Below, in pieces: positions 1 to 9,253 of a stretch of DNA of 32,000 bases. The DNA lies in NCBI RefSeq assembly GCF_000007225.1, contig NC_003364.1, positions 1,020,001-1,052,000 on the forward strand, in the 5' to 3' direction. Source of the stretch: Pyrobaculum aerophilum str. IM2 (GTDB taxonomy: Archaea > Thermoproteota > Thermoprotei > Thermoproteales > Thermoproteaceae). A program made the translations under genes and the position numbers. Within the stretch, counting starts at the first letter, position 1; every line of letters starts with the position of its first letter. Under the pieces are notes generated by a model that worked only from the letters and a program-made list of their open reading frames with translations, was not told the DNA's origin and did no database searches.

Positions 1-880
1 ACGTCTAGCCTCCCGTTTTGATTAACTGCGAAGTCCACAGGCGTGTATATCTGCGCGCCGTATTTAGCCAATAATTGGCGGGCTCTCTCTATATATGGGA
101 GGAAGCCGCCCTTCTCTACCTCTTGTTTTAACGCGCTGTTTAACACGCCATATTTGCCCAAGGCAAACACAAAGCCCACGAGGCCTCCAACGGCCACTTT
201 TTCCACAAAGCCGTTTTTTAACAACTGCTCTACTGCCTTAAGAGTGTCCGGCATTTTGGCGCCTCCCGCTATTAACGTCACGCCTCTGCCGCGTTTTTCA
301 AACACCGCTCCCAACGCCCTTAGCTCCCTCTCAAAGACGGGGCCGGCGCAAGAGGGCAAAACAATTGGAAAGCCCACTACGCTTGGCTGCGATCTGTGAG
401 CCACCGCGAAACCGTCGAATACGTAGTAGTCGGCTAGAGGGGCTAGTTTGCGGACTAGAAGAGTTTCTGCCTGAGCCTCCGGCACCTTTTCTATTACCTC
501 CTCGGAGAGAATCCTCACGTTTTCCAGCAACAGTATTTCGCCGTCTTTCAACTCTTTTATCTGGCGCCTCGCCTCCGGGCCTATTATATCGTCTACAAAT
601 TTTATAGGCCTCTCTAGGTATTTTTCTATATACGGCTTATGGATCTCAAGTGAGGTAAAATCGTCTTGTCCAGGTCTCCCTTGATGGGCCAACACCACAG
701 CCCTGGCCCCCGCGTCAGAAGCCAGGCGCAAGGTGTACGAGTGAGCCCTTATTCTAAAATCATCAATTATTTTACCATTTACAATGGGCGAATTTATATC
801 AATTCTTATAATTAACGTTTTTCCCTTTTTTAGGCACTTATTTATATTTGGTATTAAGTCAATAATTTCATTAAGTAACA
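1..880 (-). CDS. pgk: phosphoglycerate kinase, N-terminal ~293 codons (3' end lies beyond the left window edge)
   Basis: Absent from the ORF track because it runs off the edge. My translation of the minus strand from ATG 880..878 gives MLLNEIIDLIPNINKCLKKGKTLIIRIDINSPIVNGKIIDDFRIRAHSYTLRLASDAGARAVVLAHQGRPGQDDF...LLLENVRILSEE...DGFAVAHRSQPS. This matches the R(V/I)D(F/I)NSP, HxGRP and FAxAHR signatures of PGK. The frame is open to position 1. Track ORFs 43..399 and 365..607 are antisense artefacts. Confidence 0.85.
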
Positions 881-968
881 TGTCCAATAGTTTACTGGGG
901 GTTAATAAGTATTCCCGATTACACTCAATATATAATCTATATATTAAGCGTGATTAATTGTTATTAAT

Positions 969-1562
969 ATGTGCCTCATTGAGCCCATGCGTCTTGACAA
1001 ATACAAAACGGCGTTGAGGAAAGTGGCGAAGAGCTTGAACGAGAAAGGCGTTGAGTTCGTCCTCATCGGCAGTGCTGTGTTGCCCTTTGTGTACAACATT
1101 GACTACGATCCCAGAGATGTCGATTTATTTATCATAAACAAGTCCACTGTATTAGACAACGAGCTTTTCGAAGAAATAGCAGAGGAAAACGACTGGGACA
1201 TGGGCACGTCTGATCACGGCACTATTTACTACGAGCTCATAGTGGAGGGCGAGGCGGTGAGAGTTGACTTATTGGAAAACATCTTAGACATATACATACC
1301 CCCAGAGTTGCTCGCCGATTTAAAAGAGGTTGACATAGACGGGATAAAAGTCAAATCTATTGGCTTAGAGCAACTCCTTGCTCTGAAGGCTAAAATCGCC
1401 ACAAAAGAGGCAGAGGAGTTTATTAACGAAGTAGCCAGAATGGTGCTGGAGAGAAATATACGCGTCGACTATGAAAAGATTAAAAAATACGCCACAGCTT
1501 ATCCCGAAGACGCCGAGGGTATCTTGAAGAGGCTTAGGAGAAATGGGATATACATAGAGTAG
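969..1562 (+). CDS. nucleotidyltransferase-fold protein (pol-beta superfamily-like), function unknown
   Basis: 197-aa ORF. LIGSAVLPFVYNIDYDPRDVDLFI fits the hG[GS]-x(9-13)-D-h-[DE]-h minimal NTase signature. ATG at 987 (MRLDKY) is an alternative start. An AT-rich divergent promoter region is shared with pgk. Confidence 0.45.
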   Translation: MCLIEPMRLDKYKTALRKVAKSLNEKGVEFVLIGSAVLPFVYNIDYDPRDVDLFIINKSTVLDNELFEEIAEENDWDMGTSDHGTIYYELIVEGEAVRVDLLENILDIYIPPELLADLKEVDIDGIKVKSIGLEQLLALKAKIATKEAEEFINEVARMVLERNIRVDYEKIKKYATAYPEDAEGILKRLRRNGIYIE

Positions 1563-1645
1563 AGATCCGCGAGGGCCCTTAAGGGCAGAAGAGGGGGGCA
1601 AAATGTGGGCGGGTAATAGTTATAAAACAGGCCGAAGGCAGGGAT

Positions 1646-3472
1646 ATGCGCGTTCTTTACATACACGCCGAGCGTTTTAATTGGGAGCCTAGAGATCCGG
1701 CATTGGATATTAGAGACGAGCCGACTTCTGGCAACGCCAACAATGCGCTTGTCGTATTTACATCAGTAGAAAGAGGCGACGTTCCAGATGAGAACTTCCT
1801 AAGGGCTGTTGCCAGCGATATTATAGACGTTGCGAAGAAGGTGAAGGCCAGCGCAATAGTCATATATCCCTATGCGCATTTGTCCAGCGACTTGGCCAGG
1901 CCTTACACGGCCAGGGAGGTTTTAAATAAGTTATTTGAGGTCGTCAAGTCCCAATTCAACGGCGAAGTTCTTAAAGCGCCTTTCGGGTATTATAAGGCCT
2001 TTGAGATAAAATGCTTGGGCCATCCGCTTTCAGAGCTCAGCCGTAGTTTTAAGCCAGAGGAGGGCAGGGCTGACAGGAGGGCGGAAGAGCGGAGGGATTA
2101 TTACGTCATTATAACGCCTAATGGCGAAGAGCACGACCCGGCTAAGTTCAACTACGCCAATTACGGCGATTTAAAAGCGCTGGTGGAGAAAGAAGTTTTC
2201 AGGAAAGAGCTCGGCGGAGGCGAGCCCAAATATCTAGAGTATTTGCGGAAGTTCGGCTTTGAATGGGAGCCTATGTCTGACGCTGGACATATGCGCTACG
2301 CGCCTGAGGCTACTGTTATGATGGAGCTAGTGGAGGACTATTCCTATATCGTCGCTAAATCTCTTGGCATACCCGTATTTAAAATTAGGGGCACCAATAT
2401 GTTTAAACTCTCCGAGAAAGCTATAGAGTCTCACGCGAGGCTTTTCGGCGAGAGGCTGTACATCGTCGAGTCAGACACAGATCTCATACTTAGATACGCC
2501 GCGTGTTTTCAACAATTCGCCATGGCTAAAGACTGGGTTATTAGCTATAAACACCTCCCCTTTGGAATGCTGGAAATAGCTGATTCATACCGCCACGAAC
2601 AACCCGGCGAGACTGTGTTGCTCTTTAGACTAAGGCGTTTTTATATGCCAGATCTCCATATTTTCACAAAGGACTTAAAAGAGGCAATGGAGGTAACTTA
2701 CAAGCTCCACGAAGTAATTTTTAGAGAAATTGGCAAATTGGGGAGGACGTACGTATCTCTTTACAACGTGACAGAGGGCTTTTACAAAAACCACAGGGAT
2801 TATTTGGTAGAGCTGGCGAGGAGGGAGGGCAAGCCCATACTCGTGAGAGTATTGCCCGGCCAGAAGTACTATTGGGTTCTCAACGTGGAGTTCCACATAG
2901 TTGACGAGCTGGGAAGGCCCAGGGAGATAGCCACTTTCCAAATAGACGTGGGCAACGCCCAACGGTTTGGCATTAAATACGTCGATGAAAACAACCAGAT
3001 TAAATACCCAGTTATAATCCACACGGCAATTCTCGGCAGCGTGGAGAGATACCTCTACGCCGTGTTTGACACTATGGCTAAAATGGAAAAAGAGGGCAAA
3101 GTCCCGCGGTTGCCCACGTGGCTGTCCCCAGTGCAAGTGCGCGTAATCCCAGTCTCCAAGGAGAATTTGAAATACGCAATTTCAATAGCCGACGTGCTGG
3201 AGGCAGAGGGCATACGCGTAGATATTGACGACAGAGAGGAGACGTTAAGCAAAAAGATAAGAGACGCCGAGACCAGCTGGATTCCTTACATAGTAGTAGT
3301 GGGATCAAAAGAGGAGGCGGAGGGAGTAATAGCCGTAAGAGAAAGGGGCGGGGGGCAGTATAAAATACGCCTAGAGGAATTAGTGAAGAAATTAAAAGAC
3401 GAAACCAGAGGCTATCCGCAACGGCCGCTATACCTCCCCCGTCTGCTCAGCCAGAGGCCTTCGCGGTTTTAG
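1646..3472 (+). CDS. thrS: threonyl-tRNA synthetase, archaeal type with N-terminal editing domain
   Basis: 608 aa. The N-terminus ([17 protein letters not shown]...) resembles the archaeal DTD-like ThrRS editing domain. Class II catalytic core ([46 protein letters not shown]). C-terminal anticodon-binding domain ([47 protein letters not shown]). TATA-like TAATAGTTATAAAAC lies about 25 nt upstream. Confidence 0.95.
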   Translation: MRVLYIHAERFNWEPRDPALDIRDEPTSGNANNALVVFTSVERGDVPDENFLRAVASDIIDVAKKVKASAIVIYPYAHLSSDLARPYTAREVLNKLFEVVKSQFNGEVLKAPFGYYKAFEIKCLGHPLSELSRSFKPEEGRADRRAEERRDYYVIITPNGEEHDPAKFNYANYGDLKALVEKEVFRKELGGGEPKYLEYLRKFGFEWEPMSDAGHMRYAPEATVMMELVEDYSYIVAKSLGIPVFKIRGTNMFKLSEKAIESHARLFGERLYIVESDTDLILRYAACFQQFAMAKDWVISYKHLPFGMLEIADSYRHEQPGETVLLFRLRRFYMPDLHIFTKDLKEAMEVTYKLHEVIFREIGKLGRTYVSLYNVTEGFYKNHRDYLVELARREGKPILVRVLPGQKYYWVLNVEFHIVDELGRPREIATFQIDVGNAQRFGIKYVDENNQIKYPVIIHTAILGSVERYLYAVFDTMAKMEKEGKVPRLPTWLSPVQVRVIPVSKENLKYAISIADVLEAEGIRVDIDDREETLSKKIRDAETSWIPYIVVVGSKEEAEGVIAVRERGGGQYKIRLEELVKKLKDETRGYPQRPLYLPRLLSQRPSRF

Positions 3473-3533
3473 TCATATCCGATATATTTTTCAAGCGAAA
3501 AGTTTATATAGGGGTAACTATGGTGCGCGCGAA

Positions 3534-3914
3534 ATGCAGGCAACTACCCAGATAAAAACGCCCGTGGTGGGAAAACACGTTTACGGAGAACTCTACGGCG
3601 TTGACGAAGCTTTGTTAAAAGACGAAGAGCGACTTCGAAAAATTGTAATCGAGGCGGCGCACATAGCTAAAATGCACCTCGTGGAGGTTAACTCCTGGAG
3701 ATTTAAAGGCGGGGACAAGGAGGGGGTTTCAGTAATTGCGCTAGTATTAGAAAGCCACATAGCGATACATACATGGCCAGTGTATAACTTCGCGACAGTG
3801 GACGTATACACTTGCGGCGAACACTCCGACCCCATGACCGCGTTTAGATATATAGTCTCCCAACTCTCGCCAAAGAGATTTACAGTAAATTACGCCGACA
3901 GATCCTTTAAATAA
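3534..3914 (+). CDS. speH: pyruvoyl-dependent S-adenosylmethionine decarboxylase proenzyme family (AdoMetDC or the crenarchaeal arginine-decarboxylase paralog)
   Basis: 126 aa. [25 protein letters not shown] carries the E-S self-cleavage site and the HTWPE/TCG-type motifs of class 1b AdoMetDC. Sequence alone cannot separate AdoMetDC from the derived ArgDC paralog known in Sulfolobus. Confidence 0.8.
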   Translation: MQATTQIKTPVVGKHVYGELYGVDEALLKDEERLRKIVIEAAHIAKMHLVEVNSWRFKGGDKEGVSVIALVLESHIAIHTWPVYNFATVDVYTCGEHSDPMTAFRYIVSQLSPKRFTVNYADRSFK

Positions 3915-4072
3915 TCTTTCTTTTTTCCTCCTTTTTTACGCGTCTAACGCCTCTTTCTAATTCCGCGGGGTCGCCCTGAGATGACAGCCTCTGCAGATCT
4001 CCGAAAATAGTAAAAACTGAGAGCGGAGGGATATCCCACAATTATCTCATAAATAGTCATGCTTTTTCTCTC

Positions 4073-4987
4073 GTGTCAAATCTCATTCTCATTCTGCTAT
4101 GGATAGCCCCTGAGAAAATCGACAAGCATATCAGAGAAAAAGCCGCTATGGTAGGAGTTGCCTATTCGGCTGATGTAGTTAATCACGTCGTAAAGGCGCT
4201 GTATGAGACGTATACGCAAGTGGACACAGTTATTGTATTCGGCCCTGATTTTACCGGCGCTGGCGAGCTGATAATATCAGCGCTTCGCGGAGATTGTAAT
4301 GATGCCCTGAGAATTCCCTGTGAGTATGTAAAAAACCTCGGAGTGACTACAGTGGATTTAAGATGGCGTAGTGAGAAAGAGTTGAGAGACGTTGTTGACG
4401 CGCTGTATAAACCCGGGGACACGCCTGTAAGGCCCAGAGCCGAGATTCCCATCATGACGCCGAATAAAAGACATCCCTACAGAGGGTTGCACGTACTGTA
4501 CGACACCGATTTAGAATCTCTGAGGATAAAGGCAATTGATTACCTCTTGACTTATGGAATTGAGACAAAAGACGTATTGTACAGCGTCTTGTTTTTACAA
4601 CGTGGGATTTCTGGCAATTACTTAGCCCAGCCGTGCGATTTACTAAACGGCTGGCCCTGCGGTCTGGATGGAGCAGACGCACTTCTAGCCGCCCCTGCTT
4701 ATATTGAAAAGGCGAGCGTAAATCGCATAACAATAGACTTAAGCGTATATAAACGCGACGTTTACGACCCTCACGGGAACTTTGTCATATTAGATAAACT
4801 GTACCACTACAGCCCCCGCGGAGTTCTTTTAAGAGAGCTGGAGCTCACTGAAGAAAACGTGCGGAGAGAGGCGCAGAAGGTCCTGCCAGATCACGCCTTT
4901 TACCTCGGGGGAGAATTCGCCGCAAAGAGGTTGCTAAAAGGCGGCTATAGACAAGACGCGTGGAAGAGCGGAATCAAAGACTCTTAA
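4073..4987 (+). CDS. MtrA-like / DUF4346-like domain protein, function unknown
   Basis: 304-aa ORF with GTG start; ATG at 4148 (MVGVAYS) is an alternative. VIVFGPDFTGAGELIISALRGDCND...TTVDLRWRSEKELRDVVDALYKPGD resembles the core of tetrahydromethanopterin methyltransferase subunit A homologs. The C-terminus (DPHGNFVILDK...HAFYLGGEFAAKRLLKGGYRQD) resembles the DUF4346 domain that I recall accompanies MtrA-like domains. Assigned from memory only. Confidence 0.4.
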   Translation: MSNLILILLWIAPEKIDKHIREKAAMVGVAYSADVVNHVVKALYETYTQVDTVIVFGPDFTGAGELIISALRGDCNDALRIPCEYVKNLGVTTVDLRWRSEKELRDVVDALYKPGDTPVRPRAEIPIMTPNKRHPYRGLHVLYDTDLESLRIKAIDYLLTYGIETKDVLYSVLFLQRGISGNYLAQPCDLLNGWPCGLDGADALLAAPAYIEKASVNRITIDLSVYKRDVYDPHGNFVILDKLYHYSPRGVLLRELELTEENVRREAQKVLPDHAFYLGGEFAAKRLLKGGYRQDAWKSGIKDS

Positions 4988-5346
4988 CCGAGCCTCATAA
5001 GCGCTTGGTTAATACGGCGGCCGTTACGCGCCTTAACGCACAAAATAAAGGCGCGCTAAGGAGGGCGCCAAGGGATACGGTGTTAAAGACTCTTATATAA
5101 ACTAATAATATTGTCAACAACTCCGTTAATAAAGTTGTTCTACGCTACGCTAGATTTTTGTAAACTACATCACAAAGATGCTGTAGCTAAGTTCGTGATT
5201 GTAGTTGAGCTGATGACTTATGGCACTACAAGTAGAATTCCGGTGCTGTAATTGCTTATAAGTCAATATGTTGGTAAATCGGCGTTAAGTCCCCCTTTCG
5301 CTTAAACTTAACGGAGACGCTTTACAGAAATTTTGTAAAGAGGATA

Positions 5347-5434
5347 TGGCGCCGGGGGTGGGATTTGAACCCACGCCCCCTGGACGGGGACGGGATCTCA
5401 AGTCCCGCGCCTTGGGCCGCTCGGCCACCCCGGC
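5347..5434 (-). tRNA. tRNA-Ser (anticodon UGA), class II with long variable arm, CCA encoded, no intron
   Basis: Reverse complement reads GCCGGGG-TG-GCC-GAGCGGCCCAA-GGC-G-CGGGA-CTTGAGA-TCCCG-TCCCCGTCCAGGGGGC-GTGGG-TTCAAAT-CCCAC-CCCCGGC-G-CCA. It has a 7-bp acceptor stem, anticodon loop CU-UGA-GA, a 16-nt variable arm and a canonical T-loop. Track ORF 5322..5504 is an artefact over this gene. Confidence 0.93.
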
Positions 5435-5455
5435 TGTTTCTAAAACACACCGCCC

Positions 5456-5468
5456 TTTTTAAACTTTT
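5456..5468 (-). promoter_or_regulatory. TATA-box-like element for tRNA-Ser
   Basis: The minus strand reads AAAAGTTTAAAAA, centred about 28 nt upstream of the tRNA 5' end (5434). This is typical archaeal TATA-to-start spacing. Confidence 0.5.
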
Positions 5469-5512
5469 CACAACTAAGGGCCATAGGCGGCGGAGTTGGC
5501 ACATGGCGCGGA

Positions 5513-6019
5513 TTAACGCCGGGGTTTAAGAAGCCGTTTCATTATTTCAGCCGCTATTAACAACGTAGCCGCATCCGCCGTCGCAATAACTGGAACATTC
5601 CACCTCTGAAATGGATGGAGGCCGACGCCGTAGGCCCTTGTCAAAACCCCACCGGTCGCCACATCCACGACAAGAAGTATGAGCACGTGTAGCCATATTG
5701 TGCCAAGCACAAAGAAAATTCCCTTAAGCCAACCGCCGTAGGTCCCCCTTGCAAGATATATTAGCCAGATTAGCGTCGCCAAGGGGCCCAGCCCGTACCA
5801 GATCAAGGCTTCAGTTGACAACGCCGCAAAAGCGAAGGGAATTGAGAGGGCCAAGGCGGCAATTATCTCTCTACGCTTAACGTTTACGATCAGCGATGAG
5901 AAGAAAAGAATCCAGAGAAACGCGGCGCCCGCGATAAACAACGCCACGGCCCTAGACCAAGGAACGACAAGCCACAATAAAGAATAAACAACCAAGACAG
6001 AAAAAAAGACTAATTTCAC
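5513..6019 (-). CDS. polytopic membrane protein, function unknown
   Basis: 168 aa, almost entirely hydrophobic, with about 5-6 predicted TM segments (LVFFSVLVVYSLLWLVV, ALFIAGAAFLWILFF, IIAALALSIPFAFAAL, etc.). It starts 7 nt after the stop of the upstream 741-aa gene, so the two are probably co-transcribed. Confidence 0.6.
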   Translation of the reverse strand: MKLVFFSVLVVYSLLWLVVPWSRAVALFIAGAAFLWILFFSSLIVNVKRREIIAALALSIPFAFAALSTEALIWYGLGPLATLIWLIYLARGTYGGWLKGIFFVLGTIWLHVLILLVVDVATGGVLTRAYGVGLHPFQRWNVPVIATADAATLLIAAEIMKRLLKPRR

Positions 6020-6026
6020 AGGGCCA

Positions 6027-8252
6027 TTAAGTAAGTATATATTTCGCTGTGGCGCGAGTAAGTCCTCTAAACATCCAAGTTTTTACCCCTCTATGTCTTA
6101 AGTAGTATGTATATAGGAGGGAGTCGGATGGTTGAATATATCCTCTTAAACCCTGATCCGGGCTGACACAGAATTGATCTAGGCAGACCTTAGTTATTCT
6201 CGCTTCTATTGCCATTTTGTTATAAGGATCTGATCCAGCCATGGGGAGAGCTATGGCAAATAAAAGCGAATCTGACTCCGATCCAGTCCAAGGAGCGCTC
6301 CACCAAACTCTTATGTTATTGTTATCAATAATGTCCAGGCCGTAGGAGCCGGTTGCGCTCTGTAATGCCTGACCCGCTAGGAAGGCGAGTAGCGATGCCA
6401 CTTTGCTTGGCACAAAGATTAAGATAAAGTTAATAGCATCATGAATTCTCTGGGCGAGATCAATAAGCCAAGGCTTTGTAATATCGGCAATCGACGTTCC
6501 CTTTATATAGTTGGCCTTGTATAAAGATACCGAGCTTGAGCTTGTCTTCGTTGGAACAGACAACCTTATATATACTTCAAACCCCTTTATATAATCCACA
6601 TAGCTTCCAGACACAGAGCGTCCAGCGACTTGAAGCATTATACGTTGATATGTATCACCCACATCATTAACTCTTAGGAGGGCAAGCCCGTGGTATACAT
6701 ACGGGCCGGCTTGGGGATCTGAAGGCGCTCCGTACACCTCTACGACAGAGGCCATATAGGGATTTATCCATATCATATCCATTGCATCGGGGAAGTCTTT
6801 CCACTGCTCCACCCAGCGCCACGCTCTGAAAACCTCGGCGGTTCTGACGAAAATAGCTCTTACGTATGGAGTGGCGCCGTTGTCAAACTTTATTTTGACA
6901 AGCCAGGATAGGCCTCCGCCAAAGGATTTGGCAAAGCTATAGGGATTGGCGCTGAGGCTGTAAGTCCCCGTGTTAATTTCATAAAAACACCCATTAGTCC
7001 CGCTGTTATATCTGCCGTACGCCGTCGAACCCGCCACATACCACATGCCATTTAGCCACAGCTCCCACCTAAGCCCCGGACAGGCCCCGCCCACCGCGTC
7101 TGTGGTTAGCTGTAGCACTACGCCCCCTGTAAAAGCTCCCTCTACTAGGCCGTCAAAGGCGGCGTAAGGCCCTATTAGAATTCTGTCCACGTAGTTATAC
7201 ACCGAGTATCCGCTGGGCTGCCCGTAGTAGTCAGTTGCCGTGGCGTATAACATCTCCGCCAGCGTGTAATTACGCTGGCCACCGTAGTAATATCTCAGAT
7301 ACTGCACTGTGCCGTTTATACCAACGGCTGGGGCGCCGGAGTATGTGTTTATATAAACTCTGAGTCTAACCGCCAGCTGGTAGTTTCGGCTGTTGTCCAA
7401 GTTCACTCCGGAAACCCACACCCTCGACCTATCAGCCAAGGTGTAGGAACTAGATTGAATAAGCGTACACGAGCCATCTGCATTTATGCGGTAGACGTCG
7501 GCTATTAACACGCCGCTTACGGAGCCGCCTCTTATCAACACGCCCAGTGACAGCGAAACTGCGTCGTAGCCGATATACGCCGCGTTAGGCACATTCGCAC
7601 ATGCGCTGGCGCCGGATTCCCCATGTACCGGCACTACGTACTCTGTATAGTTACTGCTTACCCTCACTGGCCTGAAATACAGCCCGCCGTAGACATACAA
7701 CGAGGATCCAGGGTTAGGGGCGGGGGTGGCCGCTACAATTGATACCTCTCTTGGCTTGGGTCCGCCGCCTCTTTCAAGTCTCGCCCTGCCGCGGAACTCC
7801 GGCTGAAAGCCCAGCTCCCTCAACCTCTCAAGAGCCTCGTCTATGTTTCTCGCCACAATTTCTATTAACCCCCCATCTGGCCTTCTAAACACCACGGGAA
7901 ATTCCCCATCTGGCGTCCTCAACGTAGCATTGCCCTTGACCCTCGCCGGCTTGGCCCCTGCGGGTAGCGCAAGCAGGAAGTATTTCCTGTCATATGCCGG
8001 TATATCCACAGTCTCGTTTGTAAATAATATAAAGCCCCGCCCGGTGTCCCTAGGCACGAATATAACCAGCGCCTGCTCGCCCAGAGCCCACATGGCGCCA
8101 GGTACATGGGGGGTCTCATCCCCAAGCGGAATGTCCGATTCGACTAGGTATACGAAAAGCCTCTCCCCCCTCTGCCCCGGCTGGCCCTGCGCCAAAACCA
8201 CGGCCGGCACCACCACAACTGCCACTAACACCACAGCTATCCACCTCTGCAT
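6027..8252 (-). CDS. large secreted/surface protein, function unknown
   Basis: 741 aa. N-terminal signal-like segment MQRWIAVVLVAVVVVPAVVLAQGQ. Rich in Tyr, Gly, Ser and Asn and beta-rich in character. One late hydrophobic segment (INFILIFVPSKVASLLAFLAGQAL). I recognise no family. Confidence 0.6.
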   Translation of the reverse strand: MQRWIAVVLVAVVVVPAVVLAQGQPGQRGERLFVYLVESDIPLGDETPHVPGAMWALGEQALVIFVPRDTGRGFILFTNETVDIPAYDRKYFLLALPAGAKPARVKGNATLRTPDGEFPVVFRRPDGGLIEIVARNIDEALERLRELGFQPEFRGRARLERGGGPKPREVSIVAATPAPNPGSSLYVYGGLYFRPVRVSSNYTEYVVPVHGESGASACANVPNAAYIGYDAVSLSLGVLIRGGSVSGVLIADVYRINADGSCTLIQSSSYTLADRSRVWVSGVNLDNSRNYQLAVRLRVYINTYSGAPAVGINGTVQYLRYYYGGQRNYTLAEMLYATATDYYGQPSGYSVYNYVDRILIGPYAAFDGLVEGAFTGGVVLQLTTDAVGGACPGLRWELWLNGMWYVAGSTAYGRYNSGTNGCFYEINTGTYSLSANPYSFAKSFGGGLSWLVKIKFDNGATPYVRAIFVRTAEVFRAWRWVEQWKDFPDAMDMIWINPYMASVVEVYGAPSDPQAGPYVYHGLALLRVNDVGDTYQRIMLQVAGRSVSGSYVDYIKGFEVYIRLSVPTKTSSSSVSLYKANYIKGTSIADITKPWLIDLAQRIHDAINFILIFVPSKVASLLAFLAGQALQSATGSYGLDIIDNNNIRVWWSAPWTGSESDSLLFAIALPMAGSDPYNKMAIEARITKVCLDQFCVSPDQGLRGYIQPSDSLLYTYYLRHRGVKTWMFRGLTRATAKYILT

Positions 8253-8271
8253 AGGAGACGGGACGTCCGTC

Positions 8272-8282
8272 TTTTTTTTTTT
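8272..8282. repeat. T11/A11 homopolymer at the TATA-box position of the 741-aa gene
   Basis: Eleven consecutive T on the plus strand (A11 on the coding strand), spanning -20 to -30 relative to ATG 8252. It is followed by the perfect 8-bp palindrome GGACGTCC (8261..8268). Confidence 0.9.
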
Positions 8283-8504
8283 ACTTTCATCAACTTACTA
8301 AAATTTACCTCAACTAATGATAATAATCATCATGATAGATCATTATTCCACTTTTATTGGGCTGGGACATCACGCGGTGAGGGGGAGTTTGCGATCCCGC
8401 CTGCGCCCTTTGAATTTCTGCGGCGCACCGCCTAGGCGTATGCGATGAGCTATGGGCTATACGCCGGCAAGTGCCACGGGGCCTCTGCCCGCGTCATGGC
8501 CAGG

Positions 8505-8954
8505 CTACGCCCGGGGCGCCTTCTCTAGGGGGTGGTGCCGCCGCAACGCCTCCAACACCTCGCAGGGGTCAGCCTCTACGCATTTTATCTCCACATCGTC
8601 GCCGGGATTTGTGATAACTACGTCGGCGTCTCCGGGGGGGTCTGGGCCTATGTGTATCTTATAGCCCACCTTCTCGCCGCGGAGGCCTTCGACAACTATA
8701 AAGTCTGCGTCTAGCTCGGCGCACTCCAACTCCCGCTTGTATACCACATAGACCACGCCGTTGTAAAACACCACCATGTCCGCCCCCGCCTTCCTCAAGC
8801 GATGGGTATCCTTAGTAGGAGGGTCAGGCTCGTGGTGGCTGACCTTAACGGCGACCACCGAATGTCCCCCCTCTTTTAATTTCGCAATGATCTTCTCCGC
8901 CAAAACAGTCTTCCCAACGTCCTTCATCCCCGTAATCTGAATAACGCACGTCAC
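8505..8954 (-). CDS. mobB: molybdopterin-guanine dinucleotide biosynthesis adapter protein MobB-like P-loop protein
   Basis: 149 aa. ITGMKDVGKTVLAEKIIAKLKEGGHSVVAVKVSHHEPD...KDTHRLRKAGAD matches the MobB pattern G-x-x-x-SGKT...IKHxHH...GKDSxRhxxAGA. Confidence 0.7.
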   Translation of the reverse strand: MTCVIQITGMKDVGKTVLAEKIIAKLKEGGHSVVAVKVSHHEPDPPTKDTHRLRKAGADMVVFYNGVVYVVYKRELECAELDADFIVVEGLRGEKVGYKIHIGPDPPGDADVVITNPGDDVEIKCVEADPCEVLEALRRHHPLEKAPRA

Positions 8955-9253
8955 GACAGCTGTCTCAAAAGAGTTTGCAACTCCTCCAGTGCTTTTTTGA
9001 AATTCTCCACGGCCCTCTCAGAGGGCGCGTACAGCTTCTTGCCTCCTTCCTCTACCTCCACGAGCACCCCGTCGGCGACCATACGCTTCAACAGAACGTA
9101 TCCATAGACAGAGCTGACGTTAAACCCCAATCTCCTCAACTCTTGAATTATCGCGTATCCGTGTAGGGGCCCCCTCCTGTTTAATATACTCACGACGTAT
9201 AGCCATAGGTTCCCCTGTCCTATACACCTCTTAAACCTCTGGTATGCCCTCAT
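8951..9253 (-). CDS. PadR-family winged-helix transcriptional regulator
   Basis: 100 aa. LWLYVVSILNRRGPLHGYAIIQELRRLGFNVSSVYGYVLLKRMVADGVLVEVEEGGKKLY is the typical PadR wHTH core. It has 4-nt ATGA-type overlaps with both neighbours. Confidence 0.75.
   Translation of the reverse strand: MRAYQRFKRCIGQGNLWLYVVSILNRRGPLHGYAIIQELRRLGFNVSSVYGYVLLKRMVADGVLVEVEEGGKKLYAPSERAVENFKKALEELQTLLRQLS

Noticed and set aside
43-607. Track ORFs 43..399 and 365..607 on the plus strand
   Set aside because: They are antisense to a clearly recognisable pgk reading frame, and their Pro/Ser/Arg-rich composition is typical of antisense frames.
3950-4075. CUGAGAUGA ... CUGA arrangement between speH and the next gene, as a possible C/D-box sRNA
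   Set aside because: The C box is imperfect (GAGAUGA). No credible D' and C' pair exists. The second guide spacer is too short. Only a 3-bp terminal stem is possible.
5322-5504. 60-aa track ORF
   Set aside because: It overlaps the tRNA-Ser gene on the same strand and is an artefact.
8290-8345. C/D-box-like boxes on the minus strand (AUGAUGA ... UUGA ... UGAUGA) in the AT-rich region upstream of the 741-aa gene
   Set aside because: The spacing is wrong: 17 nt between the D' and C' candidates. There is no CUGA D box. The guides would be almost pure A/U, which is implausible in a hyperthermophile. It is most likely promoter sequence.
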